Shown here: positions 26,962 through 36,760 of the stretch, in pieces
Layout of the letters: each line of letters begins with the position of its first letter
How positions within the stretch are numbered: the first letter of the stretch is position 1
Origin: Solirubrobacterales bacterium
GTDB lineage: Bacteria; Actinomycetota; Thermoleophilia; Solirubrobacterales; 70-9
Reading direction: 5' to 3'
Assembly: GCA_020438445.1 (NCBI GenBank)
Contig: JAGQUO010000001.1
Coordinates: forward strand, 2,491-66,490
Length of the DNA: 64,000 bases
Notes under the pieces: model-generated
Told to the model about the DNA's origin: nothing
Database searches by the model: none
The model's input: only the letters and a program-made list of their open reading frames with translations
Made by a program: the position numbers and the translations under genes

Positions 26962-29445
26962 TCAGCCCTGGATCGGCTCGAGGCCGGCGTCCTCGGCCGC
27001 GCCTTCCTCGCCGGCGTCGTCGCCCCCCGCGAGGATCCGCGGGATGTCGGCCGCGCCGATCAGGACCTGGCGCGGCTTCGAGCCCTCGTAACCGGAGATG
27101 ACGCCCCGCCGCTCCAGCATGTCGATCAGGCGCCCGGCGCGGGTGTAGCCGACGCGGAGGCGCCGCTGGATCATCGACACCGATGCGGTCTCGGTCTCGA
27201 CGCAGATCCGGATCGCGTCCTCGAGCAGGTCGTCCTCGTCGGGTGAGAACTCGCCGCCGCCGTCCCCGTCCACGTCGACCGGAGCCTTCTCGACGAGGAG
27301 GTCCTGGTCGAAGTTCGGCTCCCCCTGCTTCGACCAGAATGAGACCACCCGCGCGATCTCCTCCTCGGTCACGAATGCGCCCTGGACACGCTGCAGCTTC
27401 GAGGAGCCGACCGGCCGGAAGAGCATGTCCCCCTGCCCGAGCAGGCTCTCGGCGCCGCCCTGGTCGAGGATCACGCGCGAATCGATCTGCGAGGCGACCG
27501 CGAACCCGATCCGCGCGGGGATGTTGACCTTGATCGTGCCCGTGATCACGTCGGTCGAGGGCCGCTGGGTCGCCAGGAGCAGGTGGATGCCGACCGCTCG
27601 CGACTTCTGCGCGAGGCGGATGATCGAATCCTCGACCTCGCCGGGCGCGACCATCATCAGGTCGGCGAGCTCGTCGATCACGCAGAGGATGTGGGGCAAC
27701 GGGGCCTCGCCGGCCTTCTGCCGGATCCGGTTGAGCTCGTCGAGGTTGCGGCCGCGGGCCTTGCCCATCACGGTGTAGCGCGCCTCCATCTCGGCGACGA
27801 GGTTCTCGAGCACGTTCGAGGCGACGCGGGCGTTGGTCACCACCGGGGTGAGCAGGTGCGGGACCGAGTCGTAGTGGTTGAGCTCGACCTGCTTGGGATC
27901 GACGAGCACGAGCCGGAGCTCGTTCGGCGAGGCGTGCAGGAGCATCGACGTCAGGATCGCGTTGACCGAGCCCGACTTGCCGGAGCCGGTCGTGCCGGCG
28001 ACGAGGACGTGGGGCATCTTCGCCAGGTCCATCGAGACCGCCTGGCCGGAGATGTCCTTGCCGAGCCACGAGAGCAGCGGGGAGGCCCCCTCCGGCCGCC
28101 CCTGGTAGATGTCGCCGAGGCGGACCATCTTCCGTCGGGTGTTGGGGACCTCGACGCCCACGGCCTTCTTCCCCGGGATCGGAGCGAGGATCCGGATGTC
28201 GGTCGAGGCGAGCGCGTACGCGAGGTCGTCCTTGAGCTGGGCGATCTTGCCGACCTTCGTGCCGGGCGCGAGCTGGAGCTCGTAGCGGCTCACGTGCGGT
28301 CCCGTCACGGTCCCGATCAGCCTGGCTTCGATCTTGAAGTGGCTGAGCACCTCCAGCAGCGCCCGCGCCGTCTTCTCCATCTCCCGGCGGTCGGGTCCGC
28401 TGCCGCGATCGTCGCCGCCCCGGCGCAGGAGCTTCGTGGGCGGGTTGCGGTAGTCGATCTCGTCCGACTCGGTGATGCCGCCGCGCTTCGCGCCCTGCGG
28501 GGTCCGGCTGATCGCGATCTCGTCCTCCTCGCCGGGCTTCCCTTCGATGACCGGCTTGGGCTCCTCCTCGGGCTCCTCCTCGACGAATCCGTCGTCGTCG
28601 AAGCCGTGCTCACCGGTGCCCTCCGCCCCATCGGGCGCGGGGTCCTCGTCCGCACCGAGCTCGAACTCGTTCGTCTCGTCCTCGCTGCCGAGCACCGGCG
28701 TCTCCCCCGCGTCCTCGTGCTCGGCGGCGGACGGGTAGTGCTCGGTGGTCCAGCCGTCGCCGACGTGCTCGCCGGCCCGGTCGCGCCGCGAGCGGACCGC
28801 ACGCGCCATCTCGCCGGTCGCGTGACGGGCACGGCCGGCGGCCTCGGCTCCCGAGCCGACGAGGCTGACCAGCGGTCGTCCGCTGAGGAGCAGGATGCCG
28901 CTGAGGAGCATGAGGATCGCGATGATGTGGGCGCCCACGGTCTGAAACAGGGTCGTCGAAGCCCAGTAGAGGGCCTCCCCGAGGACGCCGCCGTGGCCGG
29001 TCAGGAAATCGGGGTCGAAGAGCTCGGTCCGTGCCGGCTGGTCCGGGCCGAGGCCGGCGGTCCCGGCGGCGAACGCGAGCAGCAGGCCGGCCACCAGCAG
29101 GATCGCGCCGGCGTTGATCGTCCCGGGCACGCTCAGCAACGGGCGGATCACCAGCGCCAGCCCGCAGCCCGCGAGCACCATCGGGACCGCGTAGGCGACG
29201 GCGCCGCCGGTCCACGTCAGCGCGGCCTCCAGGCCCGAGCCGCCGAGGCCGCCGTCCCAGCCGGCGTAGAGGACGAAGCCGAGGTAGAGGGCCGCGGCCA
29301 ACAGGCCGAGGCCGATCAGGTCCAGGTGGCGCTGGTCGAGCTCGCGCGGGGCGGCAGGGCTCTTGCGCGCAGCCGGCCCCTTGCCCCGCTTGGCGGAGGC
29401 CGTCTTGCTGCGCGCCTTCGGTCGCAGGAATGGCTTTGGTGACAT
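26962..29445 (-). CDS. ftsK: DNA translocase FtsK/SpoIIIE
   Basis: N-terminal 4-TM domain, acidic linker, Walker A VAGTTGSGKS and a gamma winged-helix MIQRRLRVGYTRAGRLIDMLE. The ATG at 29445 was chosen. The 1107-aa ORF in the track reads on antisense through the response-regulator gene. Confidence 0.95.
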   Translation of the reverse strand: MSPKPFLRPKARSKTASAKRGKGPAARKSPAAPRELDQRHLDLIGLGLLAAALYLGFVLYAGWDGGLGGSGLEAALTWTGGAVAYAVPMVLAGCGLALVIRPLLSVPGTINAGAILLVAGLLLAFAAGTAGLGPDQPARTELFDPDFLTGHGGVLGEALYWASTTLFQTVGAHIIAILMLLSGILLLSGRPLVSLVGSGAEAAGRARHATGEMARAVRSRRDRAGEHVGDGWTTEHYPSAAEHEDAGETPVLGSEDETNEFELGADEDPAPDGAEGTGEHGFDDDGFVEEEPEEEPKPVIEGKPGEEDEIAISRTPQGAKRGGITESDEIDYRNPPTKLLRRGGDDRGSGPDRREMEKTARALLEVLSHFKIEARLIGTVTGPHVSRYELQLAPGTKVGKIAQLKDDLAYALASTDIRILAPIPGKKAVGVEVPNTRRKMVRLGDIYQGRPEGASPLLSWLGKDISGQAVSMDLAKMPHVLVAGTTGSGKSGSVNAILTSMLLHASPNELRLVLVDPKQVELNHYDSVPHLLTPVVTNARVASNVLENLVAEMEARYTVMGKARGRNLDELNRIRQKAGEAPLPHILCVIDELADLMMVAPGEVEDSIIRLAQKSRAVGIHLLLATQRPSTDVITGTIKVNIPARIGFAVASQIDSRVILDQGGAESLLGQGDMLFRPVGSSKLQRVQGAFVTEEEIARVVSFWSKQGEPNFDQDLLVEKAPVDVDGDGGGEFSPDEDDLLEDAIRICVETETASVSMIQRRLRVGYTRAGRLIDMLERRGVISGYEGSKPRQVLIGAADIPRILAGGDDAGEEGAAEDAGLEPIQG

Positions 29446-29555
29446 CTGGCGACCCCTTCGACGCCTCGCTCCCGTCCCCTGCGCGTGACGTCGTGACGGG
29501 ACGGCGAAGCGCTTGCGCGCGGGCCCGGCCCGGGAGGCAGGCCGGATCCGATCTT

Positions 29556-29561
29556 TAGAAT
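29556..29561 (+). promoter_or_regulatory. candidate -10 element (TAGAAT) 7 nt upstream of the response-regulator GTG; possible leaderless mRNA
   Basis: TAGAAT at 29556-29561 sits in an otherwise GC-rich spacer. There is no Shine-Dalgarno before the GTG at 29569. Confidence 0.3.
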
Positions 29562-29568
29562 CGCTCCG

Positions 29569-30258
29569 GTGAGCGAGGCCGACAACCTGATCGGGCGTGT
29601 CCTCGTCGTCGAGGACGACGAGGACATCGCCGACGTCCTGCGGCGCTCGCTGCGGCAGGAGGGCCACGAGGTCCGCACCGCCGGAGACGGTGAAGAGGCC
29701 CTGAGCATGGCCTCCGAGTTCGTTCCCGACCTGGTGATCCTCGACCTCGGGCTCCCGCGCCTCGACGGGGTCGAGGTCTGCCGGAAGCTTCGCGCCGCCG
29801 GCGATGTCCCGATCCTGATCCTGACCGCGCGCTCGGACACGGGCGACCGCGTCGAGGGGCTCGATGCCGGGGCCGACGACTACCTGGTCAAGCCGTTCGA
29901 GCGGGCCGAGCTCCTGGCCCGGATCCGGGCGCTGCTCCGGCGCCGGCCGCCGCGGGGCACCGCGTCGCTCACCGTCGGTGATCTCGTCCTGAACCCGGGC
30001 ACCCGGGAGGTGACGCGCGGGGAGCGCGTCATCGACCTGACCAACCGCGAGTTCGAGCTGCTCGAGTTCCTGATGCGGAACGAACGGCTCGTGATCTCGC
30101 GCGAGCGTCTGCTCGAGGAGGTCTGGGGCTACGACCCGACATCGATGACGAACACGATCGACGTGTTCATCAGCAACCTCAGGCGCAAGCTCGAAGAGGG
30201 AGGAGAGGAACGGATCCTGCATACCAAGCGGGGTGCCGGCTACGTGGTCAGGGAGTGA
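29569..30258 (+). CDS. two-component response regulator, OmpR/PhoB family
   Basis: Receiver VLVVEDDEDI...DLVILDLGLPRLDG...DDYLVKPF, and a winged-helix output domain ending RGAGYVV. Confidence 0.9.
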   Translation: MSEADNLIGRVLVVEDDEDIADVLRRSLRQEGHEVRTAGDGEEALSMASEFVPDLVILDLGLPRLDGVEVCRKLRAAGDVPILILTARSDTGDRVEGLDAGADDYLVKPFERAELLARIRALLRRRPPRGTASLTVGDLVLNPGTREVTRGERVIDLTNREFELLEFLMRNERLVISRERLLEEVWGYDPTSMTNTIDVFISNLRRKLEEGGEERILHTKRGAGYVVRE

Positions 30259-30262
30259 ACGG

Positions 30263-31714
30263 ATGAACCCGTTCCAGGGCCTCAAGCACCTCTACGCCCG
30301 GTCCCGGCGCCTCCCGGTCCGGATCCGGATCGCGATCGTCTCGGCGGCGCTGACCGCCGTCATCCTGATCGGCTTCGCGGCCGTCGTCGGCCGGCTCGTC
30401 ACCGACCGGCTCCACAGCGACTTCGAGAACGAGTTGCGCGGCAACGCAGCGACGCTGGCGAACAGCATCGAGTTCAACTCGGCCGGCCAGCCCGACAACT
30501 CGGTGCTCGAGCAGGTCGCACTCGCGAACGATGCCGAGATCAGACTCGTCCTCGCGGACGGTCAGACGATCCGGAGCACCTCCTCGACCGCGCGCTTTCC
30601 GACCCCCGACCCTTCCGGCGTCGTCTCCTCGGGGCCGCTTCAGGTCGCGACGGCCCAGATCTTCACCAACACGGCGATCGGCGCCGTCCCGATCTTCCTC
30701 CAGTACGCGCGTCCCGAGTCGGCGGTCGACGCGACCGTCGGGAGACTCTGGCTGTTCCTGGCCGCCGGGGTCGCCGTCGGGACCCTCCTCGCGGGCATCG
30801 CCGGAATGGCCGTCGCGAACCGAGCGATGCGGCCGATCTCCGCCCTCACGGCCGCCGCGAGCGAGATCGCGACGACCCGCGACACCTCGCGCCGGATCCC
30901 CGAGCCCGAGAGCGACGACGAGGTCGCCGAGCTGGCACGGACGCTCGACCAGATGGTGCGCGAGCTCGACGCCGCCCGCTCGGAGACGGAGGGAGCGATG
31001 AAGAGGCAGCGCGAGTTCGTGGCCGACGCCTCCCACGAGCTGCGGACCCCGCTGTCCAGCATCCTCGCGAACCTCGAGCTGCTCGAGCAGTCGCTCGCCG
31101 CCGACCCCGAGGAGGACGACGAGGCCGCCGCGGTCGCCTCGGCGCTGCGCAGCTCGAAGCGCATGAACAGGTTGGTCGGTGATCTCCTCCTGCTCGCCCG
31201 CGCCGACGCCGGTCGCGTCGGCCGCCGCGTCGACTGCGATCTCGCCATGGTCGCCTCCGAGGCGCTCGAGGAGGTCTCCCCGGTCGCCGACGGCCACGAC
31301 TTCGTGGCCGAGCTCGACAACGCCGCACCGGTCACCGGCAATCCCGACGAGCTCCACCGGATGGTCCTGAACCTGCTCGAGAACGCGATCCGCCACACGC
31401 CCGAGGGCACGACGGTGAGCGTCGAGCTCTCCGAACGCGACGGGAAGGCGCTGCTGACCGTCGCCGACGACGGCCCCGGGTTGCCCGCGGGGATGGAGTC
31501 ACAGGTGTTCGATCGCTTCGTCCGCGGCGAGGGCCCGGCCGACCGCAGCTCGCGGAACGGCACCGGCACCGGGCTCGGGCTCTCGATCGTCCGTGCGGTC
31601 GCGGTGGCCCACGGAGGCTCGGTCACGGCGGGCAGCGCCGAAGCCGGCGGTGCCCGCTTCGAGATCCGCCTCCCGCTCGCCTCGCGCTCCTCCGAGGCAC
31701 CCGAGAAAGTTTGA
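30263..31714 (+). CDS. two-component sensor histidine kinase
   Basis: Two TM helices flank a ~150-aa extracytoplasmic loop. Then HAMP, H-box FVADASHELRTPLS, N-box LLENAIRHT and G-boxes DDGPG / GTGLGLSIV. Confidence 0.9.
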   Translation: MNPFQGLKHLYARSRRLPVRIRIAIVSAALTAVILIGFAAVVGRLVTDRLHSDFENELRGNAATLANSIEFNSAGQPDNSVLEQVALANDAEIRLVLADGQTIRSTSSTARFPTPDPSGVVSSGPLQVATAQIFTNTAIGAVPIFLQYARPESAVDATVGRLWLFLAAGVAVGTLLAGIAGMAVANRAMRPISALTAAASEIATTRDTSRRIPEPESDDEVAELARTLDQMVRELDAARSETEGAMKRQREFVADASHELRTPLSSILANLELLEQSLAADPEEDDEAAAVASALRSSKRMNRLVGDLLLLARADAGRVGRRVDCDLAMVASEALEEVSPVADGHDFVAELDNAAPVTGNPDELHRMVLNLLENAIRHTPEGTTVSVELSERDGKALLTVADDGPGLPAGMESQVFDRFVRGEGPADRSSRNGTGTGLGLSIVRAVAVAHGGSVTAGSAEAGGARFEIRLPLASRSSEAPEKV

Positions 31715-31786
31715 GCGAACTCTTTGCCGCGCTTGAGCGGCTCTTTAGGGACGCGGCCGAGTATTCCCTGCGGACGAGACAACACA

Positions 31787-31891
31787 GCCGCCCGGTCCTC
31801 CCCAAAACCGGCCGAGCGGCACCTGATTGGCCAGCCTGAGCCAATTGCCAGCCCGCCGGATCCCCCTCCCTGATCCGGCGGGCGTCTTTTT
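31787..31891 (+). ncRNA. candidate small RNA resembling the actinobacterial 6C family (two hairpins with C-rich loops, the second being an intrinsic terminator)
   Basis: Hairpin 1 (31787-31820) has loop UCCUCCCCAAAA with 6 C. A small hairpin ATTGGC/GCCAAT lies at 31826-31845. Hairpin 3 (31851-31883) has a 12-bp perfect stem and loop CCCCUCCCU with 7 C, followed by GUCUUUUU. The 5' end is not defined. Confidence 0.4.
31851..31891 (+). terminator. rho-independent terminator (plus strand)
   Basis: GCCCGCCGGATC-cccctccct-GATCCGGCGGGC followed by GTCTTTTT. Confidence 0.75.
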
Positions 31892-31965
31892 GGGGCGATC
31901 CAACCCACACTTGGGTCGGTCCAGTCGCCCCGGGGGCGCTCGGAACCACCCCCGTCCGCGGGCGA

Positions 31966-33633
31966 TCAGACCTCGATCACCACGGGCAGCACCATCGGCC
32001 GCCGCTTGAGGCGCTTGTAGACGAAGGTGGCGACGGCGTCGTGGATCTCCTGACGGATCAGCGCCGGCTCGCGCGCGTGACCCTGAAGGACGTCCTCGAG
32101 CTTGTCCTCGACGACGTCCGCGAGCTCGTCGATCAGCCGGTCGCTGTCCTCGCCGGACTGCATCGGGACGCCGCGGAACGTTATCTCCGGGTCGGCAGCG
32201 ACCTCGAGGTCCTCGAGCGAGACCGTGGCGACGACGATCACGAGCCCGTCTGCGGAGAGCGTCTTGCGGTCGCGCAGCGCGGCGTCGTCGGGCTCCCCGA
32301 GCTCGAGACCGTCCACGAAGATCATCCCCGCGCCGACGTCCTCGCCGAGGCGGGCGCCGTCGGCGCCGATCTCGAGCGGGACCCCGTTGCGGGTGCGGAA
32401 AATCCGCTCCGGTTCGACCCCGACGGACTCGGCCAGGAGGGCGTGCAGGCGGATCCGCTTGAAGTCGCCGTGGACCGGCATCACGTAACGCGGGCGCGTC
32501 AGGTTGAGCATCAGCTTCATGTCCTCCTGATAGCCGTGGCCGGAGGCATGGATCGGTGCGTCGGCCGCGGTGATGACGCGGGCGCCGATCTCGAAGATGC
32601 GGTCGACCGTCTCGTTCACCGACCGCTCGTTACCGGGCACGGGCGTGGCCGAGAAGACGACGGTGTCGCCCGAATGCAGCTCGACGTCGCGATGCTCACC
32701 GTGGGCCATTCGCCGCAGGGCCGACAGCGGCTCGCCCTGGCTGCCGGTCGAGATCGCGATCACCTCCTCGTCCGGATAGTCCTCGATCTCCCGAGGCTGG
32801 ATCAGGAGCCCCTCGGGAGCGCTGGCGATTCCGAGGTTCGAGGCGATGTTGAAGTTCTTCCGCATGGACCGGCCGACGAGCGCGACCTTGCGGCCGAGGA
32901 CCTCGGCGGCGTCGACGACCTGCTGGACGCGGTGGACGTTGGAGGCGAAGCAGGTGACGATGATGCGGCCGTCGCAACGGGAGAAGGTCTCGAGCAGGGC
33001 CGGGCCGACGCTCGCCTCCGACATCGCGACCCCCGGGCGATCCGCGTTCGTCGAATCGCCGCAGAGACAGAGCAGCCCTTCGTCGCCGAGCCGCGCCAGC
33101 CGCGCGAAGTCCGCCGGCCGGCCGTCGACCGGCGTCTGGTCGAACTTGTAGTCGCCGGTGACGAGGATCGTGCCCAGCGGCGTCGTCAGCGCGACCGCGC
33201 AGGCATCGGGGATCGAGTGCGACATGTGCACGAGCTCGATCCCGAACTTCCCGGCTTCGACGGGCATCCCCGGCTCGAGGTCGCGAAGCGGCATGTCCCT
33301 GAGCTTGTGCTCCTCCAGCTTCGAGCGGACCATGCCGATCGTCAGCCGGCCGCCGTAGATGGCCGGCGGGGCCCCGATCTCGCGGATGACGTAAGGGAGC
33401 GCGCCGACGTGATCCTCGTGCCCGTGCGTGAGCACGATCGCCTCGATGTCGCCGACGCGCCCCCGCAGGTAGTCGAAGTCGGGAAGCACCAGGTCGATGC
33501 CGAGCATCTCGGCGGTCGGGAACATGAGCCCGGTGTCGACGATGACGATCCGGCCGTCGTACTCGACGACCATCATGTTCTTGCCGATCTCGCCGAGCCC
33601 GCCCAGCGGCAGGATCCGGAGGCTCCCGCTCAC
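31966..33633 (-). CDS. rnj: ribonuclease J
   Basis: Metallo-beta-lactamase motif LTHGHEDHVGALPY, a beta-CASP domain, and an RNase J C-terminal domain. Confidence 0.92.
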   Translation of the reverse strand: MSGSLRILPLGGLGEIGKNMMVVEYDGRIVIVDTGLMFPTAEMLGIDLVLPDFDYLRGRVGDIEAIVLTHGHEDHVGALPYVIREIGAPPAIYGGRLTIGMVRSKLEEHKLRDMPLRDLEPGMPVEAGKFGIELVHMSHSIPDACAVALTTPLGTILVTGDYKFDQTPVDGRPADFARLARLGDEGLLCLCGDSTNADRPGVAMSEASVGPALLETFSRCDGRIIVTCFASNVHRVQQVVDAAEVLGRKVALVGRSMRKNFNIASNLGIASAPEGLLIQPREIEDYPDEEVIAISTGSQGEPLSALRRMAHGEHRDVELHSGDTVVFSATPVPGNERSVNETVDRIFEIGARVITAADAPIHASGHGYQEDMKLMLNLTRPRYVMPVHGDFKRIRLHALLAESVGVEPERIFRTRNGVPLEIGADGARLGEDVGAGMIFVDGLELGEPDDAALRDRKTLSADGLVIVVATVSLEDLEVAADPEITFRGVPMQSGEDSDRLIDELADVVEDKLEDVLQGHAREPALIRQEIHDAVATFVYKRLKRRPMVLPVVIEV

Positions 33634-34499
33634 GCGACGACCTCGAGGTCGGCGGCTTCGAGCGCGGCGCGGACGACCGCCCGCTGCCCGTCGTCGAGCG
33701 GGACCATCGGCAGCCGCGTCCGCTCCGAGCAGATCCCGAGCATCCCGAGCGCCCCCTTGAGCGGCATCGGGTTCGTGGTGACGGCGAGGGCTTCGTAGAG
33801 CGGTGCGATTCCGGCGTCGATCTCGCGCGCGAGCTCGGCCTCGCCGTCGCGATGGTGCTGATGGATCGCGGCCATCTGCGGGCCGACGATGTGCGAGGCC
33901 ACCGTGATCCCGCCGGTGCCGCCGAGCTCGAGGCAGCGAAGCAAGACGTTGTCGTTGCCGGCGAGGAGGTCGAGTCCCGGGATCGGGCCGAGCTCGGCGT
34001 CGTTCGCCTGCTTCAGCGCGACGACGTTGTCGATCCCCGCGAGCTCGGCCAGCAGCTCCGGTGCCATGTTGACCACCGTCCGCGAAGGGATGTTGTAGAG
34101 GACGATCGGCTTGTCGGTGCAGCCGGCGACCGCCTCGACGTGGGCCCTGATCCCGGCCTCGTTCGGCTTGTTGTAGTACGGGGTGACGACCAGCATCGCG
34201 TCCGCGCCGGCCGCGTCGGCGGCGCGGGTGAGCCCGATCGAGTGCCGCGTGTCGTTCGTCCCGCTGCCGCAGATCAGGAACGCGTCCCGGCCCACCTCCG
34301 CGCGGACCGCTCGGAGCAGGTCGATCTGCTCCTCGTCGGTGAGGGTCGCGGCCTCGCCGGTTGTGCCGGCGACGACGAGCCCGTCGGAGCCGTTCTCGAG
34401 CAGGTGGACGGCGAGGCGCCCCGCGGCGGCGCGGTCGACCTCGCCGTCGTCGCAGAACGGCGTCGCCATCGCGGTGAGAACGCCGCTGAATCGAGTCAT
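33630..34499 (-). CDS. dapA: 4-hydroxy-tetrahydrodipicolinate synthase
   Basis: TAMATPF, VAGTTGEAATLT and YNIPSRT motifs. Confidence 0.95.
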   Translation of the reverse strand: MTRFSGVLTAMATPFCDDGEVDRAAAGRLAVHLLENGSDGLVVAGTTGEAATLTDEEQIDLLRAVRAEVGRDAFLICGSGTNDTRHSIGLTRAADAAGADAMLVVTPYYNKPNEAGIRAHVEAVAGCTDKPIVLYNIPSRTVVNMAPELLAELAGIDNVVALKQANDAELGPIPGLDLLAGNDNVLLRCLELGGTGGITVASHIVGPQMAAIHQHHRDGEAELAREIDAGIAPLYEALAVTTNPMPLKGALGMLGICSERTRLPMVPLDDGQRAVVRAALEAADLEVVA

Positions 34500-34509
34500 G
34501 GCGCTGAGG

Positions 34510-35976
34510 TTAGCCAGCCGCGGCGAACACCGGCGGCGTGCGGTCGGCCCACGGTGCGGCCTTCTCGAGTTGCGCCGCCACCCTGATCAGCAGGTCCTCG
34601 CGCCCGAACGGGGCGACGATCTGGACGCCGACGGGCACGCCCTCCTCGGTCCAGTGCAGCGGGACGTTGATCCCCGGCTGACCGGTGATGTTGAAGAGGG
34701 CAGTGAACGCCCCGGAGGGCAGGCAGCGGGTGAACGCCGACATCGGGTCGGGCGCCGCGGTGTCGATCTCGCCGAGCGGCGGCGCGATCTCCGCCATCGT
34801 CGGCGTCAGCAGGAGGTCGTAGCCCGTCTCGTACCACCCGGCCACCACCCGGCTCAGGCCCTGGTGGATGCCGACGTCGATCAGGTAGCGCCCCGAAGTC
34901 CGCTCGTGCCCGATCTGCGCCATCGTCCAGGTCAGCGGCTCGACGTCGTGCTCGGTGATCGGACGCCCGAGGAGCATGCCGAGCTGGGTCAGCGTCGCTG
35001 CCTGGCCGGCGGCCCAGCGGGTCAGGAAGCTGTCCTCGATGTCGGGCCCTCCCTCCCCCGCCGGCAGCATGTCGAGGGGGTTGCCCTCGTCGACGTCGTG
35101 TCCGAGGCCCTCGATCAGCTTCGCCGCCTTCTCGACGGCCTCCAGGCAGGGCTTCGCCACCTCCAGGCCCTCGACGGCCGGCCGGCGCATGATGCCGACC
35201 CGCAGGCCGCCGCTCTCGTCTTCAAGCTCGTCGGTGTAGGGCCGCAACGGCGGCGGGGCCACGTAGGGATCCCCGGGCGCGGGACCGTGGACCGCCTCCA
35301 GCAGCCGGGCGGTGTCACGGACCGACCGCGAGACGCAGAGCTCGACGGTCACGCCCGACATGTTGTCCCCGATGATCGGTCCTTCGCTGATCCGCTGGCG
35401 GGTCGGCTTGAGGCCGACGAGGCCGTTGTTGGAGGCGGGAATCCGGATCGAGCCGCCGCCGTCGTTGGCGTGTGCCATCGGGACGATGCCCGCGGCGACC
35501 GCCGCCCCGGATCCGCCGCTCGAGCCGCCGGGCGAGCGCGACGTGTCCCACGGGTTCCTCGTCGCACCGTATGCCTTCGGCTCCGTCGTCGCGACGATCC
35601 CGAGCTCCGGCGTGTTCGTCTTCCCGATCGTGATCAGCCCCGCCGATTTGAAGCGCTGGGCGAGGGTCGTGTCGAGTGGCGAGTGGAAGTTCGCCTCCTT
35701 GAGGACCTTCATCCCCATGTGGAGGGGCTCGCCCGCGTTGGCGGCGCCGAGATCCTTCAGGAGGAAGGGCACGCCCTTGAACGGCCCGTCCGGAAGATCG
35801 CCGGAAGCAGCGGCCCGAGCGGTCTCCGAGAGGTCGTGGATCACCGCGTTGATCTCGGGGTTGACGCGCTCGGCGCGCTCGATCGCCGCCTCGATCAGCT
35901 CGCCGGGGCTCGCCTCCCCGGAGCTCACCAGCTCCGCCTGGGCCGTCGCGTCCATCCGTGCAAGGTCGTCGCTCAA
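34510..35976 (-). CDS. amidase (amidase-signature family)
   Basis: AS signature [14 protein letters not shown] with the catalytic Ser-cisSer-Lys context. The TTG start is preceded by GAGGAAGGAAGAGGA. An alternative ATG lies at 35955. Confidence 0.85.
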   Translation of the reverse strand: MSDDLARMDATAQAELVSSGEASPGELIEAAIERAERVNPEINAVIHDLSETARAAASGDLPDGPFKGVPFLLKDLGAANAGEPLHMGMKVLKEANFHSPLDTTLAQRFKSAGLITIGKTNTPELGIVATTEPKAYGATRNPWDTSRSPGGSSGGSGAAVAAGIVPMAHANDGGGSIRIPASNNGLVGLKPTRQRISEGPIIGDNMSGVTVELCVSRSVRDTARLLEAVHGPAPGDPYVAPPPLRPYTDELEDESGGLRVGIMRRPAVEGLEVAKPCLEAVEKAAKLIEGLGHDVDEGNPLDMLPAGEGGPDIEDSFLTRWAAGQAATLTQLGMLLGRPITEHDVEPLTWTMAQIGHERTSGRYLIDVGIHQGLSRVVAGWYETGYDLLLTPTMAEIAPPLGEIDTAAPDPMSAFTRCLPSGAFTALFNITGQPGINVPLHWTEEGVPVGVQIVAPFGREDLLIRVAAQLEKAAPWADRTPPVFAAAG

Positions 35977-36004
35977 GATCCTCTTCCTTCCTCGTGTTGC
36001 GGTC

Positions 36005-36694
36005 CTAGAGTATGGCTTCGAGGCCGACCGTCAGGGGGTCGGGCAACGAGCCCACGCGACGACACGCGAGGACGACCCCGGGCATGAACGAGCTGCGGTC
36101 GATCGAGTCGTGACGGATCGTCAGCGTTTCGCCCTCGCCACCGAAGATCAGCTCCTGGTGGGCGACGAGGCCCGGGAGCCGGACCGAGTGGATCGGCTCG
36201 TGGACGTGGGCCCCGGCGGCCGTCAGCAGGTCCGCGGTCCGTGCCGCGGTGCCGGATGGAGCATCGAGCTTGCGATCGTGGTGGAGCTCGATGATCTCGA
36301 CCTCGGGCATGAACTCGGCCGCCCGCCGGCCCAGCTCCATCATCAGCACCGCGCCGATCGCGAAGTTCGGGGCGACGAACGCTCGCGCCCCCTCCCCCCC
36401 GTTCCAATGGTCCTCGGCGCAGCGCCGCAGCTTGTCGAGGTCGAAACCCGTCGTGCCGATGACGACGCTGACGCCCGCGTGCAGGCACGCGTGGGCGTTC
36501 GGCAGGGCCTGATCGGGAACCGTGAAGTCGACGACGACGTCGGCGTCTCCGAGGAGGTCGCCGATCTCGGTTCCGAGTGCCGGATCCGCCCTCCCCGCCA
36601 GCTCCAGGCCCTCCGCCGACTCCACGGCATCGCAGACGGTCGCGCCCATCCGGCCGGCTGCGCCTGCGACTGCGACTGCGATCGGTTCGGGCAT
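36005..36694 (-). CDS. dapB: 4-hydroxy-tetrahydrodipicolinate reductase
   Basis: [14 protein letters not shown](P) motif and [18 protein letters not shown] at 36694 chosen (the ORF extends to 36721). Confidence 0.9.
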   Translation of the reverse strand: MPEPIAVAVAGAAGRMGATVCDAVESAEGLELAGRADPALGTEIGDLLGDADVVVDFTVPDQALPNAHACLHAGVSVVIGTTGFDLDKLRRCAEDHWNGGEGARAFVAPNFAIGAVLMMELGRRAAEFMPEVEIIELHHDRKLDAPSGTAARTADLLTAAGAHVHEPIHSVRLPGLVAHQELIFGGEGETLTIRHDSIDRSSFMPGVVLACRRVGSLPDPLTVGLEAIL

Positions 36695-36760
36695 GCGGCC
36701 GCAGCATACGACGAACCGCACGGCATCCGGGCCCGCCGCCGGCGCCGGGCGCCCGGGTCG

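Noticed and set aside
29446-30285. N-terminal 280 residues of the 1107-aa ORF containing ftsK.
   Set aside because: This part runs antisense through the well-supported response-regulator gene and has no FtsK-like sequence. The FtsK membrane domain begins just after the ATG at 29445.
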